From contig JBBRPR010000038.1 of NCBI GenBank assembly GCA_038227875.1, positions 19,309 through 83,308 on the forward strand: a stretch of 64,000 nucleotides of DNA, in the 5' to 3' direction. The notes under the pieces were generated by a model that was not told the origin of the DNA, searched no databases, and saw only the letters and a program-made list of their open reading frames with translations. The first letter of the stretch is position 1. Every line of letters starts with the position of its first letter. Shown here one piece after another: positions 56,606 through 64,000 of the stretch. Source of the DNA: Planctomycetota bacterium. GTDB lineage: Bacteria > Planctomycetota > SZUA-567 > H5-PLA8. The position numbers and the translations under genes were made by a program.

Positions 56606-59004
56606 CATACGGTGAGCTTGTAAATTCCCGTCTCCGTGCCGAGCAGCAAGCCGCCGGAGACTTCTGCGTACGCGTTCACTCGGATTGCTTCTTCGAGAAT
56701 TGAGAACTGACCATCGCGCCATGTTCCAAAACCGAAGTCGGTCGAAACGTAAATGCTGTCGGGCTCGGATACGCGGACGTACGGATAGTAGAAGCGTCCG
56801 GCACAGAGCAGAGCCCACGTGCGCCCACCATCGACGGTCTGCCAGAGTCCGCCCAGATTCGCCGCGATTGCCCGCTTCGGGTCGAGCGGATGTGCGCAGA
56901 TTTGACGCACGATGCCTTCCGGTGGCGTGGCCGCCGGTACGAACTGCGCTTCACCCGTTTTCTCATCGGAGGCCAGATAGTAGATCGTCTTGTAGTCGCT
57001 GGCGTACACCACTTTTGAATCGGCGGGGCTCATCGCCAGGGTCCAGACCCAGTTCGGCACACCCTTGATCGCCTTCCACGACATGCCGCCATCGTCGCTG
57101 ACCTGAACGCCGGGATGGCTGCCCAGGAAACGACCCGGGCTGCGCGGATCGGCGATGATCGACCAGAACTCCGGGCCGTTCTTCGACTGCTGGAAACTCA
57201 AGCCGCCGTCCGCGCTGCGGAAGTGGGCGCCAGCCAGGTTGCTGACGATGCAGCTGCGCCCGCTGGCGTCGAGCGCCACCGAACAATGCGTCCAGTCGGC
57301 ACAGGCACTGATGCCGCCGGCCTGAGACCAGGTCATCCCGGCGTCGCGCGAGTGATACACGCGAGCGTCACTGCGAGCGACGACATGCCGGGAATCGGAT
57401 GGATCCACCGACAATCCCACCACGCTGGAGTGCCGTTGCAGATTGTCATGGGCAGCGGCGAAGGTCAGCCCGGCATCGGTCGAGCGATACAGGCCATCGG
57501 CCGTCCCCAGCAGCACCAGGCCCGCCGTCGCGGGACTGACATACATGGCGACAATTTGTCGCGCGTAACTATCCAGCACGCTGTCGGCGACGGGATTCCA
57601 CGTGCGGCCTTCGTTGCTCGTCACGGTCAAGCCGGTCAGGCGGTCATAGGCGTAGAAACGGTTCGGCTGAACGGGATCGAACGCAAGTTGATCGATGTAA
57701 CTCTTGCCGACACGGCCGAGGTCTTTCCACGTCGCACCCGCGTCTTCGGACAGATACAGATGCTGGAACGCGACGATCACGCGGGATCGGTTGCGCGGAT
57801 CGACCGCCACCGCCATGGGGTATTCCAGACCCTTGGGCAGTTCCTGGGCCGTCCATGTCTGGCCGTCGTCCGTGCTGCTCAGAATGGACTTCTCGGTCAA
57901 GAGCGTAAAGTGGCCTTTACTCGGATCCTCATGAAGGATGTCTTTGATGTAGGCATCGTGAAGCAAGCTCACCTTTTTTGTGCGGAGGTTGAGCCGGAAT
58001 GCTTTCGGCGCGTATAGGAAAATATAGACGAGCTCCGGATCCTGAACCGAGAAGCAGATCTGCCATTCAAGCTCCTGCCTGCCGATCGGATGGGAGGCGA
58101 CGTCCGACCAGTTGGCTCCGCCGTCCAGGCTCTGCGAGATGACGATGTCGGTGAGTGTGCTCCGGCCAACCAGAAGGTGGTCCGCGTTCACCGGCGAGAC
58201 GCCGATTGTGCTGCAGGCCCGGTAGGGCAGTGGCTTGATGGTCCACGTGGCGCCGGCGTCCCTGGAAAGGTAGAGGCTGTTGGAAACCCCCAGAGCGTAG
58301 AGCCGTTTGGGATCGGCAGACGTTCCGACAATCTGATGGAAACGGATGCTCGGGCCCGCACCCGGCAATCCACCCAGCGCGGTCAATACGGGAGTTGTGG
58401 TGTTTGTGTTCATGGCTTTTATCCCTTTTTGTTTTCGGACTTTTTGTCCAATGTGAATTCGGCCAGCGTCAGTGCTACTGGCTGAGATCCTCAACTCCGC
58501 GAGCGCATTACTGGCTCGTTTGGCGAGTGTGTTCTCAGCACAGCCCGCCAGCTCGGCGGATTCTTTTTCGCTGTAGCCTTTCAGGTACCGCAGCACGACT
58601 GCCTGCTGCTGAATTTCAGAGAGTCCTGCGATCGCGTCGTACACCCACTCCAAGGCGCTCTCCTGCAGCGCGGCCGCGTCGTTTTCCGTGCAGAGTGGTT
58701 CGCTGATTTCCCCTGTTTCGAACGGCCGCGTCCGCTTGCGCAGCATCTGCAAACTCAGGTTTCGGGCCACGCCAAAGAGCCACGGCGCCAGCCGCGAAGT
58801 GTTCTTCAGACCCCCGGCTTTCTGCGCCAGTAGTGCGAAAACTTCCTGACTGGCGTCCTCCGCTTCGTATTGATCGTGGAGAACCTGGCGGCAGACCCGG
58901 AAGACCATTCTGCTGTGCCGCGAGACAATCTCCGCGAAGGCAGCTTGATCCCCCTTTGTTACGAACAGGGACAGCAGTTCATCGTCTGATCTTTCCGGAT
59001 TCAT
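56605..59004 (-). CDS. ECF sigma factor in frame with an Asp-box beta-propeller (possibly two genes; internal ATG at 58413)
   Basis: SDDELL...AEDASQEVF...WLFGVARN...LRYLKGYS sigma regions 2 and 4; many SxDxGxTW repeats downstream. Confidence 0.85.
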   Translation of the reverse strand: MNPERSDDELLSLFVTKGDQAAFAEIVSRHSRMVFRVCRQVLHDQYEAEDASQEVFALLAQKAGGLKNTSRLAPWLFGVARNLSLQMLRKRTRPFETGEISEPLCTENDAAALQESALEWVYDAIAGLSEIQQQAVVLRYLKGYSEKESAELAGCAENTLAKRASNALAELRISASSTDAGRIHIGQKVRKQKGIKAMNTNTTTPVLTALGGLPGAGPSIRFHQIVGTSADPKRLYALGVSNSLYLSRDAGATWTIKPLPYRACSTIGVSPVNADHLLVGRSTLTDIVISQSLDGGANWSDVASHPIGRQELEWQICFSVQDPELVYIFLYAPKAFRLNLRTKKVSLLHDAYIKDILHEDPSKGHFTLLTEKSILSSTDDGQTWTAQELPKGLEYPMAVAVDPRNRSRVIVAFQHLYLSEDAGATWKDLGRVGKSYIDQLAFDPVQPNRFYAYDRLTGLTVTSNEGRTWNPVADSVLDSYARQIVAMYVSPATAGLVLLGTADGLYRSTDAGLTFAAAHDNLQRHSSVVGLSVDPSDSRHVVARSDARVYHSRDAGMTWSQAGGISACADWTHCSVALDASGRSCIVSNLAGAHFRSADGGLSFQQSKNGPEFWSIIADPRSPGRFLGSHPGVQVSDDGGMSWKAIKGVPNWVWTLAMSPADSKVVYASDYKTIYYLASDEKTGEAQFVPAATPPEGIVRQICAHPLDPKRAIAANLGGLWQTVDGGRTWALLCAGRFYYPYVRVSEPDSIYVSTDFGFGTWRDGQFSILEEAIRVNAYAEVSGGLLLGTETGIYKLTV

Positions 59005-59305
59005 CTCTCGCCTGCGCCTCTTTCATTCATGAAGTACTCGCGCCCGGCCCGATTTCCTGAACTGTGTTCTTGCGAATAATATAGATTTTCGAGCGAATCC
59101 AAACCGCGTTGTGCGCCGCAATCTTCAGCAAACAGGTTGAATGCAGGAACGGCGATAAATCAAAGGGCGAAGGAGATGGGTATGGCGTGGCATACAGGCA
59201 CGGGATGTGGCGCCTTGGCTTTGGGGAGCGCCGGGAACTCAACGGACTCCCGCCTGACCGACAGGACGCCCAAGAGCCATGAGCTGACTGCCCAGAGCCG
59301 TCCCG

Positions 59306-59746
59306 TCACTTCTTCTTTTTGATCTCGTCTTCCAGGAAATCGATGATCTTCTTCACCAGCGACGGGGTCAGGCTTTTGCGGATCTGGGAGGAGATCAGGA
59401 AGCCGTGGTCCATGAAGGAGATGAAGTAGAAGCAGACCTGGCTGACGGCCTTGGCTTCGTGCTTTTTCAGGTTGTTCTGATTCTGCGCGGCCCAGTCGAA
59501 CATGATTTCGCGCGCGGCCTGGTCGGCGTCGCAGCCGGTGTCGTCGCAGCGGAGCTTGATGCGCTGGTCCATCTTGCGGGCCATGGAATCGCGTTCGGAT
59601 TTGTCGACGCAGGCTTCCAGGTAGCGCTGAGCCGTATCCTTGATCGTATCCCACGGCAGATCGGGTTCCTCAGCGGCCACTGCGTCGGCAGGGACGCAGA
59701 GGGGCACAAGAGTGGCGAATAGCAGGGCGGCAATCAGAGTTTTCAT
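59306..59746 (-). CDS. Small secreted helical hypothetical protein
   Basis: Signal peptide MKTLIAALLFATLVPLCVPADA; high GC3. Confidence 0.8.
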   Translation of the reverse strand: MKTLIAALLFATLVPLCVPADAVAAEEPDLPWDTIKDTAQRYLEACVDKSERDSMARKMDQRIKLRCDDTGCDADQAAREIMFDWAAQNQNNLKKHEAKAVSQVCFYFISFMDHGFLISSQIRKSLTPSLVKKIIDFLEDEIKKKK

Positions 59747-60095
59747 ACCGTGAATTTAGCCGAATTCGGAAGCAGCGTCCATAGGGGAAATTAAGGGCAA
59801 AGAGCTCATCCGAAGGCTATGGAATGGGCATAAGCGGAAGGCACGAATTGAGGCACATGTGTCTTCACGGGTAGACAAGATTGCCGAAGGCGAAATGCCT
59901 CGAAAAATGTGCACAAAATAGCCAACTTTAATGGCGGTTTGCAAGGTCTCAGGCGTCTAATTTTTAGATCAGCAAGAGAGTGATTCTGGGAGATGAAAAA
60001 AGGATTCGAGGAAGTGTCAAACAGGGCTTCAAATGTTTGACGTCCATCGAAATACATGGTTAGTTAAAAAGTAACAACCGGACAGTTTTAAAGCT

Positions 60096-60555
60096 CGCTG
60101 TCCCGGGTGTTACTCAAAGAGACGGAGTCCCTGGAAACCCCTCCTCCACTTCCGTCTCAATGGGTAACTATCCGGGACAGCGGTTCTGAGGAACTTCCGG
60201 GGCAGTCGCAGCAAAGGACATTGAAGCTGGAGCGCCGACGACGGTCTAGTTGAGTGAAGTAGGCGAAGGTGAAGAAGCTGGAACCGTTCGGCAGATTTTG
60301 CAAAAACCAGTGCATTTTCAGAAAGATGGAATTTTTAGAGACCCTGATACGTTGTAAAGGGTGAGATTAGACAGCAACCCAACAGTGCGGGAGATTGAGA
60401 CGAAAATCGAGGCTCTCATCGTAAGTCAAAGCACCACACCAAGAACAACCCTCGAGAGTAGTCCTCAACCTCTGCAGTAACCGGCCTCGGCTTCCGGCTC
60501 TTTTTCCCGCACTTATGATTGGCTCCGACAAACCGCGCTCAAAGCGCGGTTTTTT
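60096..60555 (+). ncRNA. Candidate structured non-coding RNA of unknown family
   Basis: Two long stem domains (60096-60182 and 60384-60513) and a terminal intrinsic terminator; no credible ORF. Confidence 0.5.
60530..60555 (+). terminator. Rho-independent terminator
   Basis: AAACCGCGCT-CAA-AGCGCGGTTT-TTT. Confidence 0.85.
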
Positions 60556-60623
60556 CATGGCTGGGAATCCTGCCGCTTACTACGCTCGCTCCATCCAATT
60601 CAGCCTATATGAGGGAGAAGAAC

Positions 60624-61091
60624 GTGGCCGAGGCATCGCCCAATCCAAAATCCGGCAAAGTCGTCTCCATCCATCGCGTGGCCGTCAAGCTCGGCCCAAC
60701 CGAAGAGCTGACCGCCGCGCCCTTCGTTACGAATTTCGGTCTGGAAGGTGACTGGCGCTCACGCAAAAACCGCGGCCGGCAGATCACGCTGATCGAAGCC
60801 GAAGTACTCACAGCCCTGGCCTCCGCCCTGAAGCTCAGCGCCGTCCCCAGCGGCGCCTCCCGCCGGCAGGTTGTGGTGCAAGGCCTGATCCTCAAGGAGA
60901 CGCTTGGCAAGCGCCTCCGCGTCGGCCCGCTGCTGGTGGAAGTCCACGACCTCTGCGACCCGTGTTCGAACATGGAGCGGATGATTGCCCCCGGCGCCCG
61001 CGCGCTACTGGACCTCAGCGGCGGCGGCGTCTGCGGCCGCGTGCTGGAAGGCGGGACGCTGCGGCCGGGGGATGAGGTCGTTGTGCTGTGA
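60624..61091 (+). CDS. MOSC domain-containing protein
   Basis: GGGAG RBS + GTG; GLEGD...RQITLI...LRVG...CDPC...G.LRPGD. Confidence 0.9.
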   Translation: MAEASPNPKSGKVVSIHRVAVKLGPTEELTAAPFVTNFGLEGDWRSRKNRGRQITLIEAEVLTALASALKLSAVPSGASRRQVVVQGLILKETLGKRLRVGPLLVEVHDLCDPCSNMERMIAPGARALLDLSGGGVCGRVLEGGTLRPGDEVVVL

Positions 61092-61244
61092 ACGGGCGGG
61101 GGTTTCTAACGGCGGGATTCGGGATTCGACCGCGAGGCGTTGCTGACGCGCTTTAAAACCGTCGAGGGTTACCTTCGTAAAAGCTGGCGCTAGGAGTGTT
61201 GCCTTCTAACCAGCGCGTAAATTTACACACAGGTCCCCTTGCCC

Positions 61245-61279
61245 AAAAAACACGCGCCGCTGAAAGCGACGCGTGTTTT
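61245..61279. terminator. Bidirectional terminator between convergent genes
   Basis: AAAAAACACGCG...CGCGTGTTTT. Confidence 0.75.
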
Positions 61280-61294
61280 CCTCAGTCCTCGCCC

Positions 61295-63861
61295 CTAAGG
61301 CACCTTCGCCCGCCCCGTCTTCGCATGCGCCTGGAAGGTCAGCGGTTGGAGCGCGACGAAACCTTCGCCGCCGAAGAGCACCGTCAGCGGCACGGTGACC
61401 GACGTCTTCTTCGTCGCGGTGCTCACCAGGCCGTAGCCGGCCAGCGAAGTCGAGAACGTTCCCTTCTTCAGCGCCAGGACGAAGCGAAAGACCTTGAACT
61501 TGCGGTCGATGCTGAAGGCGATCGAGCCGACGGCGGTCTTCGCGCGGAGCTTCTGGTCGAGCGTGAAGGCGACCACGTTGCCGCCGACATCCACCGCGAT
61601 GCGCTGGCCCTGGAACGCGATGTTGGTCGGGAACGGCGTCAGCACCTGGAGCGTAATGCTGTCGTGATTGGTCTTTCCGAAGGCCAGCGCGATGTCCAGC
61701 TTCTGGACGTTGAGCTTTAACGGCGCGGCCGGGTCGCCGGGCGGGTGCGAGATGGCCAGGTTCGGATTGGTACCGTAGGCGGTCTCCAGTGTGTCGGAGA
61801 AACCGTCGTTGTCACTGTCCGGCCCGGTGCCGAAGACTCCGGCGTAGACAGTGACGGAGAGCGTGGAACTCACCGCCTGCCCCGCCCCGTTGGTCGCGGT
61901 GACTTTGACGGCGTAAATTCCCGCCGACATGTAGTGATGAACGATCGAGCTGCCCGAGCCAAAGGCGCCGTCGCCAAAATCCCAGAGATACGTCAGGCTC
62001 TGAGCGTTGATCGTGTCGGTGGCCATCGCGGTGAAGGTGACGGCCGCGTACGTGCCGTCGGCGTGCGTGGCAATGGTCGCGGGGTTGGGCGTCGCGAAGG
62101 GCGAGTTGATCGTCGGGTTGGTGATGAAGATGAATTCCGTGGCCAGATTGGACGCGACGTAGCCGTTGGAGCATTGGAAGAGGATCAGATCCAGCCCTGA
62201 CGCGCCGGGCTTGGGCTTGTACGTGAACGCGCCCGTCGTTGGATCGGTGATCGTGGCCGTGCCGAGATTGCCGTTGGTGACAATGCTGAACGTCAGCGCC
62301 AGCGGTGGAGAATTGAGCGAATCGCTGCCGGTCAGCGTGCCGCTGCCCGTGGCGTTGCTGGCGACGGAGATCGACCCGTTGGCCGCGACCGGCGCGCCGG
62401 CGACGACGATGGTCAGGAACTGCGGCGCGGACGTATCGATGCCGCCATTGGCCGTGCCGCCGTTGTCCATCAGCAGCACCTTCAGCACCGCCACGCCGTA
62501 AACATTGGGCGTCGGCGTGAAGCTCAAGTTGCCATTGGTGGTCAACGTTGGCTGCACCGCGAAGAGCGCCGCGTTGGAGTTGCTCGTCAGCGTGAAGGCC
62601 AGCGCCTGGAAGCTCTCGTTGGGCGGACCGGCGAGCACATTCGTGACGACGCCATTGACCGTCACCGCCGGCGAGTTGATGCCGACGATGACGGTCGGCT
62701 TGGCCAGCGTGAACGTCGGCTGCTGATTGACCGGCGCGATCACGATGGTGAAGGTCTGAATCGGCGACGTATCGATGCCGCCCAGCGTCGTGCCGCCGTT
62801 GTCCTGCGCCTGAACGCTGATGACCGCGCTGCCGGTCTGGTTGAGTGCCGGAACGAAGCCGAGATTGGCATTGGAGCTCAAGCCCGTCCGGAAAATCTGC
62901 GGCGCAATGGCAAAGAGCGCCGGGTTGGAGTTGGTGGTGATCGTGAACGTGATGGCCTGGGAGGACTCGAAGGCATTCAGGCCGGGGGAGATGTTGGTAA
63001 CAAAGATGGGATTGAGGTACGGGGCATTTTCAAAGCCCGTGGCGACGTTGGGATTGATCGTGAAGCTGGGTGGCGTGTTCACGGGACCAATGGCGATGTT
63101 AAACGTGTGTTGGACCGACGTGTCCTGACCTCCATTGGCGGTTCCGCCGTTGTCCTGAAGCGTGACTGTAATCGTCGCCAATCCGGCAGCGCCTGTAGCA
63201 GGCGTAAAGGTAAGCGTTCCCGCCGAATCCAGCGCGGGGCCGGAAGCAATTAGGGCAGAATTGGAATTTCCTACGATGTTGAATTGGACGGTCTGCCCGG
63301 ATTCATTGGCGGGACCAGGAGAAATCGCGGTGGCGACGTTTGGAATTGTCGCGGGACCCGAATTCTGAGGGACGGCGACGTTTGGAACTAAAGAAAACGT
63401 CGGCGCCTGATTTCGGAAGTTCACGTTGATCGTGAAGCTTTGGCTCAGAGATGTGTCGACGCCGCCATTCGCTACACCACCGTTGTCTTTAACGAAGGCA
63501 AACAGTGTGGCACTACCGATGGTATTTGTAGCGGGTGTGAAGGTCAGAGTTCCCGCCGCGCTGATCGCGGGCTGAACACTGAAAAGCGCCGTGTTCGAGT
63601 TGGATGTCAGGGTGAAAGCCAGCACTTGACCGGATTCGTTCGGGGGGCCTGCAAGAATGGACGTGGCGAAATTGGGAATGCTCGTCGACCCGGCGTTTTC
63701 AAACACGTTCGAGTTGGTTGACAGGGTGAATGACGGAGCTTGATTTACGAAATTGATTGAGATTGTGAACGTGTGTGAAATGGAAGTATCGATGCCGCCA
63801 TTGGCGGTGCCGCCGTTGTCCTGCAAATTCACAGTAATCGTTGCCGATCCTATTGCATTAA
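61295..63861 (-). pseudogene. 3' part of a large cadherin-like/Ig-repeat adhesin (PKD, DxDxDG, shared C-terminal domain) interrupted by an IS
   Basis: Repeats VNQAPSF...GTLTFTPA...DNGGTANGGxDTS begin mid-repeat with no signal peptide; upstream sequence is an IS end. Confidence 0.85.
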
Positions 63862-64000
63862 GGGGGGTATCCATTTCGAGCAAGTAATCCTACTTTGCCA
63901 TAGCTGTCGCCTCCGTTCCGCCGAGGAGATTCCGGTAGTATGTCGAGGGCGTAGACGCCGCCTGCTGCATAAGCCGGTAGAAGAGCAGCCCGCGGGTGGC
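63862..64000 (-). mobile_element. End of an IS1595-family insertion sequence (transposase C-terminus 63890..>64000)
   Basis: Minus strand ATRGLLFYRLMQQAASTPSTYYRNLLGG...* matches the RGxLFYRLxQQA tail of IS1595-family transposases; terminal GGGTATCCATTTCGAGCAAGT; exact boundary uncertain by a few bp. Confidence 0.8.

Noticed and set aside
60188..60210. GAGGAACTTCCGGGGC resembling the RNase P GAGGAAAGTCC motif; GGAAAC/CCTCC resembling the Moco riboswitch
   Set aside because: Mismatches in the core, and the other conserved elements of these RNAs were not found.

Overview
GC-rich bacterial window, most consistent with an uncultivated Planctomycetota-like genome (inferred from protein architectures). 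It is dominated by secreted and surface proteins and by carbohydrate-utilisation genes. Left to right: (i) A >14 kb minus-strand operon with a sigma-54-type promoter. It encodes four tandem paralogous IPT/TIG + pilin-like secreted subunits, a two-Ig chaperone-like protein, a PKD protein and a >2500-aa beta-helix adhesin that runs off the window; this is a candidate non-canonical fibre/pilus system. (ii) A glycoside-hydrolase cluster with GntR/LacI, AraC and LacI regulators. (iii) A secreted protein with an in-frame UGA in a CxxU position followed by a SECIS-like hairpin. (iv) Three tandem membrane-anchored FGE/C-type-lectin genes whose 3' ends show the codon-position signature of diversity-generating retroelement (DGR) variable regions. 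No reverse transcriptase or template repeat was seen in the window. (v) Several large secreted enzymes, an ECF sigma/beta-propeller ORF, a ~460-nt structured intergenic RNA candidate, and an adhesin gene cut by an IS1595-family element at the right edge. Four unrelated secreted proteins end in the same ~140-150-aa C-terminal domain, a candidate lineage-specific sorting or anchoring signal. Several single-base lesions suggest assembly errors or gene decay, so stop-codon and frameshift claims need read-level confirmation. All calls are by eye; no database searches were run.
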